From the NCBI GenBank assembly GCA_050258555.1, contig JBLMZA010000094.1:19563-83562 (forward strand): a DNA stretch of 64,000 nt. The letters are read 5' to 3'. The notes under the pieces are model-generated. The model was not told the origin of the DNA. It saw nothing but the letters and a program-made list of their open reading frames with translations, and ran no database searches. This DNA comes from Acidobacteriota bacterium. GTDB taxonomy: Bacteria > Bacteroidota > Ignavibacteria > UBA10030 > UBA8401. Positions 47,131 to 55,761 of this stretch are shown piece after piece; within the stretch, counting starts at the first letter, position 1, and every line of letters begins with the position of its first letter. Made by a program: the position numbers and the translations under genes.

Positions 47131-47161
47131 TGGTGCTGTCGAAACATGTACGACAGCACCA
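47131..47161 (+). promoter_or_regulatory. perfect 11-bp inverted repeat TGGTGCTGTCG-N9-CGACAGCACCA (candidate operator/UAS)
   Basis: Arms at 47131-47141 and 47151-47161. It resembles the NtrC-type TGCACC/GGTGCA half-site logic. It lies 117 nt upstream of the wecA-like start. Confidence 0.4.
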
Positions 47162-47277
47162 TAGAGAATTCATGCGGCAGCGTCGGCAACCACCAGAAAG
47201 AGGCGACACGTCAAGGGCTTCTTTTTTTTCGCGTTCGGGGGGCGGGCTGTTGGTATCGTGTCAATGAGGAGGGTGTG

Positions 47278-49302
47278 ATGGTCATGCATTTGTTGATTGC
47301 CTTTGCGGCATCGGTTGTGATGTCGCTCGTGCTGACGCCGGCAGTGATGAAGCTTGCCTCGGCAGTCGGAGCGATGGATTATCCCAACGCGCGCAAGGTC
47401 CACACGACGGCGATGCCGAGGCTGGGCGGCGCCGCCATCTGCGCGAGCTTCTTCATTTCGTTTTTCGTGCTGGCGGTGATCGAGCCCGCGGTCTTCCTCG
47501 ACTCCTGGCTCTCGACGGCCGAAGGCATCTCGCTTGCCGCCGTGCTGCTTCTGGTGCTCTCGCTCGGCATCTGGGATGATATCGAGCCGCTCATGCCCTC
47601 GCAGAAATTCGTCGTGCAGCTGCTCTTGAGCACGATCATCTATCTGGCGGGATTCCGCATCTCCGTCATCAGCCTTCCTCTGGTGAGCGAGCCCGTGGCG
47701 GTCGGCTTCCTTGATTATCCGCTGACGATGATGTGGATGATCGGCATCACCAATGCCATCAATCTCATCGACGGGCTGGACGGCCTGGCCAGCGGCGTCT
47801 CCACCATCGCCTTTCTCACGGTCTTTCCCATTGCCATGTTCAATGGCGATATGGGCACCGCCTGCATGGCGCTTCTGCTTTCGGGCGCGCTTCTGGGCTT
47901 CCTGCGCTACAACTTCAATCCCGCGCGCATCTTCCTGGGCGACTCGGGAAGCCTCTTCCTGGGCTTTGCGCTGTCGGTGCTTTCCATACACAGTTCGACC
48001 AAGGGATCGGCCGCGTTCGCCATTGTCGTGCCGATTCTCGCGCTCGGACTGCCGATCATGGACACGTTCTTATCGATGGCGCGCCGGCTCCTGCGCTCGT
48101 TCCTTCCCGATCAGCCGAAGACCGAGTCGCTCGTGCATAAGCTGAAGTCGATGTTCCAGCCGGATAAAAGCCACATCCATCACCGCCTCATTGCGCGCGG
48201 ACTCTCGCACCGCAACGCCGTGCTGGTGCTCTACGCGATCTCGTGCGCGCTCGGACTGGGCGCCTTTTTGCTCACGGTCTCGAGCAGCCGCATTGCCGGC
48301 TTCGTGCTGGCGGCCGTCGGCGCCGCCACGGTGATCGGCGTGCGCCAGCTGCGCTACAAGGAGATGGCCGTGCTCCAGAACGGCGTCCTCCTTCCGCTCT
48401 ATGACAGGCCGATCATGAACCGGGAGGCGCTCCTGGTGTTTTTCGATGTGGCGTTCATCGTCGTCTCCTTCGGCGCTTCGAGCTATATTGCCGGAAAGCT
48501 CTATGCCATCCCGCAGTCCGACGCCGCGTTCATGGAACTGACGGCCGGCGTCACCATCGTGCAGCTGGCGATCTTCTGGGCCTCGGGCCTCTACCGCGGC
48601 ACATTCCGGCTCATCGGACTCGGCGATGTGCTCCGCACAATGAAAAGCACGTCGCTTGCCGCGCTTGGGACCGGCTTTGGCATCTGGATGCTGTCGGCGC
48701 CGCTGAGGGCCGATCAGGTGGTGATGCTGGTGCTCGATTTTTATTTCCTCATGACGTTCGTCGTGGGATTCCGCGTGTCGTTCCGCGTGCTGCAGTATCT
48801 GTCGCATCAGGATATCCGGGAAGGCCGCCATGTGCTGCTCTACGGCGCAGATCAGAGCGGCATCGTGACGCTCGAGCGGATTCTGGATTCGAATGCGACG
48901 ACCGATACGCCGATCGGATTTCTGGATGATGACACGACGCTCGAGGGCAAATCGCTCAACGGGTATCCGATCTTCGGAGGCCATTGGAAGCTCCCGTATC
49001 TCATGCGCACCATCGGCGTCGATGAGATCGTGCTGTGCTCCGATTCGATCAAGGAGGAGTCGCTCCGGCGGCTTCGCGCCGCGGCCGGAGAATACCGCAT
49101 TCCGATCAAGCGGCTTCGCATCCTGATCGAGGAATACCATGCCGAGGAGCGCAAAGGCGCGGTCGGGCAGACAGCCGCCATTGTGGTTGGTCCGGAGGCG
49201 GATGCGCGCGAGGACGAGGCGCATGCGGGCGTGACGGAGCAGCGGGTGCATCGGCTTGGAAAAGGCGTGAAGGTGCCGCACATGAAATCGAAATTCGCAT
49301 AG
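47278..49302 (+). CDS. polyprenyl-phosphate N-acetylhexosamine-1-phosphate transferase (WecA/MraY family) fused to a C-terminal 4TM + Rossmann-like (CoA_binding_3-type) module
   Basis: The WecA signatures NAINLIDGLDGLA and DKSHIHHRL are in the first ~350 aa. Four more transmembrane helices follow, then RHVLLYGADQSG...PIGFLDDD...GYPIFGG, which resembles the non-catalytic N-terminal module of WbaP/CapD-type proteins. The ATG at 47278 has a GGAGGG RBS. Confidence 0.65.
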   Translation: MVMHLLIAFAASVVMSLVLTPAVMKLASAVGAMDYPNARKVHTTAMPRLGGAAICASFFISFFVLAVIEPAVFLDSWLSTAEGISLAAVLLLVLSLGIWDDIEPLMPSQKFVVQLLLSTIIYLAGFRISVISLPLVSEPVAVGFLDYPLTMMWMIGITNAINLIDGLDGLASGVSTIAFLTVFPIAMFNGDMGTACMALLLSGALLGFLRYNFNPARIFLGDSGSLFLGFALSVLSIHSSTKGSAAFAIVVPILALGLPIMDTFLSMARRLLRSFLPDQPKTESLVHKLKSMFQPDKSHIHHRLIARGLSHRNAVLVLYAISCALGLGAFLLTVSSSRIAGFVLAAVGAATVIGVRQLRYKEMAVLQNGVLLPLYDRPIMNREALLVFFDVAFIVVSFGASSYIAGKLYAIPQSDAAFMELTAGVTIVQLAIFWASGLYRGTFRLIGLGDVLRTMKSTSLAALGTGFGIWMLSAPLRADQVVMLVLDFYFLMTFVVGFRVSFRVLQYLSHQDIREGRHVLLYGADQSGIVTLERILDSNATTDTPIGFLDDDTTLEGKSLNGYPIFGGHWKLPYLMRTIGVDEIVLCSDSIKEESLRRLRAAAGEYRIPIKRLRILIEEYHAEERKGAVGQTAAIVVGPEADAREDEAHAGVTEQRVHRLGKGVKVPHMKSKFA

Positions 49303-49303
49303 C

Positions 49304-51241
49304 ATGAACACCTTTAACACCATAGTGCTGCATGTGGCGGCCTTCTTTGCGCTGTGCGCGGCGCCGTTCGAGGTCTCCGCACAGGCACGCCCGATGTGGA
49401 TCACGGCCTATTATCCCTGGTGGTACTACAACCAGATGCCGGTCGAAGAGGTGGATTTCTCGCTCATGACGCATGTCGTGGTCTTCTCGGCCAATCCCTC
49501 GCGCACGCCGCCCTATCTTGACGTGCTTGTGAATGCACGCGACAGCGCCAATGTCGTCAACGGCGTCGACTGCGGACGTCCGGGCGATTATCTGCGGCAG
49601 CTTGTCCGGCGCGCGCACGAGAAGGGCGTCAAGGTCGTGCTCTCGGTGGGCGGCATCTGGGGGGAAGGCGCCGATGCCATGCATTACATCGCCGGCGATG
49701 ACGCGCGCATCGAGACATTCGTGCGCGCCTCGTGCGCGTTTGCCCGGCGCTGGAATCTGGACGGCATCGAACTCGACTGGGAATTTCCGCAGTTTGCCGA
49801 CAAGTGGCGCCACAACAAACTCATCTACCGCTTCCGCTCGGAACTCGATGGGTGGACTCCGCGCGGGATCTTCATCGCCGCCGTCCACGAGTCCCCGCTT
49901 CCGGCATACGACAAAAATGCGATGTGCGCGGCCTTCGACCAGATCAATCCGATGACCTATGAACTCTACCGGGGCGATTACTCCAAGAACCTCACCGGAT
50001 ACAACGGTCCCATCGAGCAGTCGTCGCGCTACGCGCCGTATATCGGCACCTCGATCAACCAGAAGGGACACGGTCCGCGCTCATGGATCGACGATGGCTA
50101 TCCGGCATCGAAGATCGGGCTGAGCGTCTCGTTTACGACGACCGTCTTCACGGGCGTCGAGCCTCCGGTCGAACCCTCGCGCCCCTACAAGGAACATCAA
50201 TGGGGCAATGTGCGCGACATTCCGCGGCGCGGCCGCCACTGGGATCACTCGTCACAGGTCCCATGGTTCGCCGACGGAACGACATTCATTTCCTATGAAG
50301 ACACGGCGAGCTCACGGCTCAAAGTCGAGTATGCCAGAGCGCTCGGTCTCGGCGGCGTCATGGTCTACGAACTCGGAGCGGGCTATCTTCCTTCCGAAAA
50401 ACCGGGCCGAAGGGACGTGCTGCTCCAGGCCGTTTCGCGCGCGGCACGCTCAACGACCCGGCCGCTCGGCGATCTCACGCCCAAGACCGCCGACCGCGAG
50501 GCGCCGAAGGTCTCGATCCTGTCTCCCAAAGACCGGGCGCGCGTCACCGGTCCGGTCACATTCAAAGCCGACGCGAAGGATAACCGCGGCGTTGCCGCGC
50601 TGCGTTTCTTCATAGACGGCGTCGCCTACGGATCCGTCTCTGAAGATGTGCCCGCGGTCTCGCCGCCTCTGAACACATGGAGACTCTCCAACGGCACGCA
50701 CACGATCCGCGCTGAGGCGGTCGATGATGCGAATAACAAGGGCAGTGCGCAGATCACGATCACAGTCGCCAATTCTGGCGCGCCGCCCTCGTTCGAGGAC
50801 CTCGTCGTGTATGACGAGAAACTCCGCGCTCCGTTTATCGATGCCTCCTGGGGCGTGAAGAATTCATTCGCCGATGTGTCGCATGCGCGGACGGGAAGCC
50901 GCGCCATCAAAGTCGAATACGGAGCGCACGGCGCGCTCTGGCTCCAGTATGGCGCCTGGGGAGAGGAACAGAAACTCTATCCGACCGACTATACCGAATT
51001 GGCGTTCGACGCCTTTCCTTCGGAATCGTTCACGCTCGAGATTGTCTTTTCCAACAACACGTCTGAGACGCTGAGGCTTGAAGCCGGAAAGTGGAATTCG
51101 TGCGCGGTGCCGGTCACGGGCTCCGGAGCGTTCACGAAATTCTACTTCCGGCGCGATCTTCCCGGCAGCGCGACCGTGTATTATGACAACATCCGGCTGA
51201 AAGCCGCTCAGCCGTTGACACATGCCGCACGGGGAAAATAA
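49304..51241 (+). CDS. secreted GH18-family protein with variant catalytic motif (DGIELDWE) plus Ig-like and C-terminal beta-sandwich domains
   Basis: Signal peptide. GH18 (beta/alpha)8 motifs SVGGIWG...LDGIELDWEFP...MTYELY. A Big-like segment follows, then a galactose-binding-like C-terminus. The start is 2 nt after the upstream stop. Confidence 0.7.
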   Translation: MNTFNTIVLHVAAFFALCAAPFEVSAQARPMWITAYYPWWYYNQMPVEEVDFSLMTHVVVFSANPSRTPPYLDVLVNARDSANVVNGVDCGRPGDYLRQLVRRAHEKGVKVVLSVGGIWGEGADAMHYIAGDDARIETFVRASCAFARRWNLDGIELDWEFPQFADKWRHNKLIYRFRSELDGWTPRGIFIAAVHESPLPAYDKNAMCAAFDQINPMTYELYRGDYSKNLTGYNGPIEQSSRYAPYIGTSINQKGHGPRSWIDDGYPASKIGLSVSFTTTVFTGVEPPVEPSRPYKEHQWGNVRDIPRRGRHWDHSSQVPWFADGTTFISYEDTASSRLKVEYARALGLGGVMVYELGAGYLPSEKPGRRDVLLQAVSRAARSTTRPLGDLTPKTADREAPKVSILSPKDRARVTGPVTFKADAKDNRGVAALRFFIDGVAYGSVSEDVPAVSPPLNTWRLSNGTHTIRAEAVDDANNKGSAQITITVANSGAPPSFEDLVVYDEKLRAPFIDASWGVKNSFADVSHARTGSRAIKVEYGAHGALWLQYGAWGEEQKLYPTDYTELAFDAFPSESFTLEIVFSNNTSETLRLEAGKWNSCAVPVTGSGAFTKFYFRRDLPGSATVYYDNIRLKAAQPLTHAARGK

Positions 51242-51263
51242 TCATGTTCAGAAAGGATATGCC

Positions 51264-53579
51264 GTGACAGTGTTGCGCCCCCGCGTTCTGACCCTGCTGA
51301 TGTGTACCCTCTGCCTGCTGCCGCAACCGGAGACGCTTTCGGCCGAGGGCAAATGGTTTACCACGTATTATTCGACCTGGTCGATGATGCCTTTGGGCAC
51401 ATCCGAACTCGCGCTGCCGCCGTGGGAAATCGACTGGACGGGGCTCACGCATGTCGTGCTCTTTGATAACGGCAATGTGACGAAGTCTCCGCCCTATTGG
51501 GCGTACATGTTCGGTCCGCCTCCGAAGCGTCCTTCGGATACGGAATCCGATTCGGTCTCGGTCGAGTTCAACGGCGTCGCTTTCCCCGGAAGCGGCGCGG
51601 TGCATTATATGGACTCGCTTGTGGCGATCGCGCACCGGCGCGGGGTGAAGGTCGTGATCACGATCCAGGCTGTGAATCCCGTCAACCTGAATTACGTCGC
51701 GGCGGATTCGCTCCGCACGGAAGTGTTCGTCAATACGGTCGCCTCCTGGGCCGAGCGCAAAGGCTTCGACGGCGTCGAGCTTGATTGGGAAGGGTGGGCT
51801 TCGCCGCTGCCTCCGGCCTCGACGGTGAACCGCTTTGTGCGCATGCTCTACCGGCGCATCCATTCGATGAAAACCCGATCGGGCGCGCCCGGGCTGATCA
51901 TGATTTCCGCCGGAAGCGGCCATGAGGACCTCTATGATCCGTCGCAGGACTTTATGGTCGACCAGTTCAACCTTCAGCTCTATGATTATTCCTATGCCTG
52001 GTATGCGAAGATCGGATCGAACGCCTCATGGTATCTGGCGCCGCTGCACAGAGGCACGGTCGATCCGACATTCGAGGGACAGGCCTACGACACGCGCGGC
52101 CCGCTGCAGTGGGTGGCGGCGGGACATGACGCGAAAAGGATCGGCCTCGGCGTTCCGATCTTCGGAACGATCCTCAGGAATGTGGACGGGCTCTTTCAGA
52201 AGATGGCGTCCGACGGCGATTACGGCAATGCGCACTATCAGACCGTGGAAGCGCTGAAGGAAATCGGCGGCGTCGAGGAATGGGATGATGCGCGCAAGGT
52301 GCATTCGATACGCGGCACGGCGCTGCGCTCGAACGGGCGCCCGGTCTATTATCAGTCGGACGGAGTGAATGCCGGACAAAAATTCTTTGCATCGGGCGAG
52401 ACGCCCATGAGCCTGCGCGAGAAGATCAGCTGGATGAACCAGAATAATTTCGGCGGCATCATGACGTATGAGTTCGTCTCGGACCTCGACTGGAGGCAGA
52501 CGCTCGCCTCGGGAAAACGGCATCCGCTGCACCGCGTGATCGCATCGTCGCTGAGTTCGGGACCGCAGCATGTTCCGCCCTCGGGCGTGATCGAGGCGCT
52601 TCCGGCGCATCTTCCGTCCTCGGGCGGCGAGGTGACGCTGAAGTGGAATTCCACTGATGCCGTCTCGGCTGCGATCGATCAGGGGGTGGGCGTTGTCGCA
52701 CTCAACGGGTCGCGCACCGTCAGCGTCACGCAGACGACGACGTTCACGCTCATGCTTGCCGGTGGCGCAGGCGCGTCTGCGCGTGCTAGCGCTGCCGTGA
52801 CCGTCAGTGCGCCTCCTCCGGTCGGCATGCTGCGCTGCGAGCCCGCCGCGCTTTCGGCGGGAGGCGGGAAGGTGACGCTCGTATGGACATCGACCGACGC
52901 CGTGCGGGCGTCGATCGATCACGGGATCGGCGACGTGGCGGTGAACGGATCTCTTTCCGTTTCCGTAAAGTCGTCGACCGACTTCACGCTCACGCTCGCG
53001 AATGCGGACGGCATGACGAGCCAATACCGCGCCTCGGTGCGTGTCGACACGATCGCCGTCCATACCGTCGGGCTTCTTCGCGGATGGAACATGATCTCCA
53101 GTTATGTGCTGCCGGACAGCGTGCAGCTCGCGCGCATCGGCATGGAGCTGGACAGCACACAGTGTGTGCTCAAGGACGGTCAAGGCGGCGTCTATTGGCC
53201 GCGCTATGCAATCAATACGCTCGGCTCCTGGGATCCGCGCAAAGGCTATCTTTTTTTTACGGAGACCGACCGCCAGCTGAAGCTGAGCGGGACGCTCATC
53301 GATCCGGTCTCGCATCCGCTGGCGCTCTCGCGCGGCATGAACATGGTGCCGTATCTGAAGAGAACTCCGATGGATGCGCTGTCAGCCTTCGGCATGCTCT
53401 CCGACTCTCTCATCATCGTTTCCGATATGCGCGGACGGCTCTATTGGCCGTCGAAGAAGATCTTCACGCTCGAGACGCTCATGCCGGGTGAGGCCTATCT
53501 TGTCTATGTCTCGGCGCCGGCCACGTTTATCTATCCGGAAGACGCGCTGCCTTCGGCATCGGTCGGGAGGGAGCGATAA
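51264..53579 (+). CDS. secreted GH18-family protein with variant catalytic motif (DGVELDWE), two tandem Ig-like repeats and a C-terminal domain
   Basis: GTG at 51264 with an AAAGGA RBS gives the signal peptide VTVLRPRVLTLLMCTLCLL. The protein repeats ...GGEVTLKWNSTDAVSAAIDQGVG...NGS.TVSV...TFTL (about aa 430-560). Confidence 0.7.
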   Translation: MTVLRPRVLTLLMCTLCLLPQPETLSAEGKWFTTYYSTWSMMPLGTSELALPPWEIDWTGLTHVVLFDNGNVTKSPPYWAYMFGPPPKRPSDTESDSVSVEFNGVAFPGSGAVHYMDSLVAIAHRRGVKVVITIQAVNPVNLNYVAADSLRTEVFVNTVASWAERKGFDGVELDWEGWASPLPPASTVNRFVRMLYRRIHSMKTRSGAPGLIMISAGSGHEDLYDPSQDFMVDQFNLQLYDYSYAWYAKIGSNASWYLAPLHRGTVDPTFEGQAYDTRGPLQWVAAGHDAKRIGLGVPIFGTILRNVDGLFQKMASDGDYGNAHYQTVEALKEIGGVEEWDDARKVHSIRGTALRSNGRPVYYQSDGVNAGQKFFASGETPMSLREKISWMNQNNFGGIMTYEFVSDLDWRQTLASGKRHPLHRVIASSLSSGPQHVPPSGVIEALPAHLPSSGGEVTLKWNSTDAVSAAIDQGVGVVALNGSRTVSVTQTTTFTLMLAGGAGASARASAAVTVSAPPPVGMLRCEPAALSAGGGKVTLVWTSTDAVRASIDHGIGDVAVNGSLSVSVKSSTDFTLTLANADGMTSQYRASVRVDTIAVHTVGLLRGWNMISSYVLPDSVQLARIGMELDSTQCVLKDGQGGVYWPRYAINTLGSWDPRKGYLFFTETDRQLKLSGTLIDPVSHPLALSRGMNMVPYLKRTPMDALSAFGMLSDSLIIVSDMRGRLYWPSKKIFTLETLMPGEAYLVYVSAPATFIYPEDALPSASVGRER

Positions 53580-53580
53580 G

Positions 53581-54615
53581 ATGAAGATGACTGTGCAGTT
53601 AATCGTGCTGGCCGCGGCGGCCGCGTTTTCCGGGGCGGAGGTCATCGCGCAGACGGCGCACTATTCCTTCGCGAAGAATACGGGACTCTATGCGACGGTG
53701 GCCATTCCTGCTTCGATCGCGCCCACATGCGACGGCATGCCGCTTGCGATCGGAGACGAGATCGGCGTCTTCACGGCATCGGGCGTCTGCGCCGGCGCGT
53801 CGGTCTGGACCGGTTTGAATATCGCGCTCAATGTCTGGCCGGACGACCCCTATACGCCGGCTGTCGACGGCATGCAGGCGGGGGAAGAGATGGCATACCG
53901 CATCTGGCGGAAGGGCTCCAATACGGAATACCCGATCGCGCAGGCTTCGTATCAATCGGGAGGCGGCGCGTTTTCGTTCAACGGATTGTATGTGCTGGCG
54001 TCGCTCGCGGCGTACTCCTCCGTGCTGCCGAATGCGCCCACGCTGCGTTCGCCCGCAGACGGGGCGACGGGCGTGCCGCTCACGGCGGTGCTCCAATGGG
54101 ATGCGGTCGATGGCGCGACGGAGTATCTCGTGCATCTTTCAGCAGACTCGGCCTTTGCATCGCTGCTCGATCCGGCTATCGTGTCTGAGACGCAGAAGCG
54201 CACGCCGCCGCTTCAATCCGGATCCACGTATTACTGGCGCGTAAGAAGCGGAAATATGGCCGGTGTGAGCGCATTTTCAGGCACCTTCAGGTTTTCAACG
54301 CTGACGGTGACCGGACTCTCGGACGAGGATCGGGCGACGAGGCGTCAGGCACGCGAATTCCGGCTCGAGCAGAATTATCCCAATCCCTTCAATCCGGAAA
54401 CGCAGATCGCGTTTTCCCTTCCGCGGAGCGTGCAGGCGAAGCTTTCCATTTATGACGTGCTGGGGCGCGAAGTGGCGGTGCTCATCGATGCGCGGCTCGA
54501 TGCGGGATGGTATACGATCGGGTGGAATGCCTCCGGGCGCGCAAGCGGGGTCTACCTCTGCAGGCTCCGCGCCGGCACATACACCTCCGTGCGCATGATG
54601 ATGCTCGCGCGGTAG
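53581..54615 (+). CDS. secreted FN3-like protein with T9SS C-terminal sorting domain
   Basis: The ATG at 53581 has a GGGAGGGAG RBS. Signal peptide. The FN3-like segment is PNAPTLRSPADGATGVP...YYWRVRS. The C-terminus FRLEQNYPNPFNPETQIAFSLP...GVYLCRL...MMMLAR is Por_Secre_tail-like. Confidence 0.6.
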   Translation: MKMTVQLIVLAAAAAFSGAEVIAQTAHYSFAKNTGLYATVAIPASIAPTCDGMPLAIGDEIGVFTASGVCAGASVWTGLNIALNVWPDDPYTPAVDGMQAGEEMAYRIWRKGSNTEYPIAQASYQSGGGAFSFNGLYVLASLAAYSSVLPNAPTLRSPADGATGVPLTAVLQWDAVDGATEYLVHLSADSAFASLLDPAIVSETQKRTPPLQSGSTYYWRVRSGNMAGVSAFSGTFRFSTLTVTGLSDEDRATRRQAREFRLEQNYPNPFNPETQIAFSLPRSVQAKLSIYDVLGREVAVLIDARLDAGWYTIGWNASGRASGVYLCRLRAGTYTSVRMMMLAR

Positions 54616-54653
54616 CCCCTTCCGTTGCAGCGCGGCTCTTTCCCGGCGCACGC

Positions 54654-55691
54654 TCAGGAAATATTGAGCGCGTTCAGTTTGTTGTGCAGCGTCTTGCGGC
54701 TGATGCCGAGAATCTTGGCTGCGGCCGATTTGTTCTGCTCGACCGAAGCGAGCGTCTGATTGATCACGATGCGCTCCACGGTTTCAAGCGATGTGCCCAG
54801 GGGGATCGAGACGGTGAGCGGCCGCGGCTTGTTCTTCGAGATGCGCTCGGGCAGGTGCCGGATGGAAATCATGCGTTCGGGGCACATGAGCACGAGTCCT
54901 TCGATGAGGTTGCGCAGTTCGCGCACATTGCCCGGCCAGTCGAAGTTCGAGAGCATCTCCATCGCCTCGGGAGCGATGCTCTTGCGCGGCTGCTCGTATT
55001 TTTTGCCGAAGTAGGAAAGGAAGTGATTGGCAAGCAGCGGCACATCTTCCCTGCGGGCGCGAAGGGGCGGCACCACCAGTTCGATCACGCTCAGACGGTA
55101 GAAGAGGTCCTCCCTGAATTCGCCCGCTTCGATCGCCCTGGGGATATCCTTATTGGTGGCGGCCACGACACGCACATCGACCGTGACTTCCTCTTTGCCG
55201 CCGAGGCGCCGGAAGGCCTTGGTCTCGATGGCGCGCAGGAGCTTCGCCTGCGTCTGCGGATGCATCTCGGCGATCTCATCGAGAAAGAGCGTGCCGCCGT
55301 CGGCAAGCTCGAAGCATCCGGATTTCTTTGAGATGGCGCCTGTGAAGGCTTCCTTCTCATGGCCGAAGAGCTCGTTGTCGATCACGTCCTTGGGAAGCGC
55401 TGCGGCGTTGATGGCGATAAAGGGGGCGCCGGCCCGGTTGCTGGCGGCATGGATGTACTGGGCGATCACTTCCTTGCCCGAGCCGCTTTCGCCCGTGACG
55501 AGCACCGATGCCGGCGAGTTGGCGATCAGTTCGATTGTCGAGATCATGTCGCGGATCACCGGGCTTTCCGAGAGGAACACGGGCAGTGAACGATCGGAAG
55601 CCGGGACGCCCTGCGCCTGGCGCGTGGCGGAGAGCTCGTGATGCATCATGGGAGCGCCTTTCCGCATTTGAAGAGGTGATTGTGCACTCAT
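54654..55691 (-). CDS. sigma-54-dependent transcriptional activator (AAA+ plus Fis-type HTH, no N-terminal sensory/receiver domain)
   Basis: GESGSGKE, ELFGHEKEAFTGA, GGTLFLDEIAEM and GNVRELRN are all present. The C-terminal HTH is AAKILGISRKTLHNKL. The start was taken as the ATG at 55691; the track start at 55712 is TTG. Confidence 0.8.
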   Translation of the reverse strand: MSAQSPLQMRKGAPMMHHELSATRQAQGVPASDRSLPVFLSESPVIRDMISTIELIANSPASVLVTGESGSGKEVIAQYIHAASNRAGAPFIAINAAALPKDVIDNELFGHEKEAFTGAISKKSGCFELADGGTLFLDEIAEMHPQTQAKLLRAIETKAFRRLGGKEEVTVDVRVVAATNKDIPRAIEAGEFREDLFYRLSVIELVVPPLRARREDVPLLANHFLSYFGKKYEQPRKSIAPEAMEMLSNFDWPGNVRELRNLIEGLVLMCPERMISIRHLPERISKNKPRPLTVSIPLGTSLETVERIVINQTLASVEQNKSAAAKILGISRKTLHNKLNALNIS

Positions 55692-55761
55692 ATATCCGGA
55701 ACCTGGTTTCAAGAAACATGTGTATACGGCGCGCGCTGCTCGGCCCTGTGAACGACGGCTC

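Noticed and set aside
47162-47277. Sigma-54 -24/-12 promoter between element A and the wecA-like gene
   Set aside because: I scanned the 116 nt by eye and found no TGGCAC-N5-TTGC match. Only a T8 run and a GGAGGG RBS are present.
49304-53579. GH18 #2 and #3 as inactive chitinase-like lectins
   Set aside because: Only the middle Asp of DxxDxDxE is changed (to Glu). The catalytic Glu and the first and third Asp are retained, so loss of activity cannot be inferred. They are reported as variants only.
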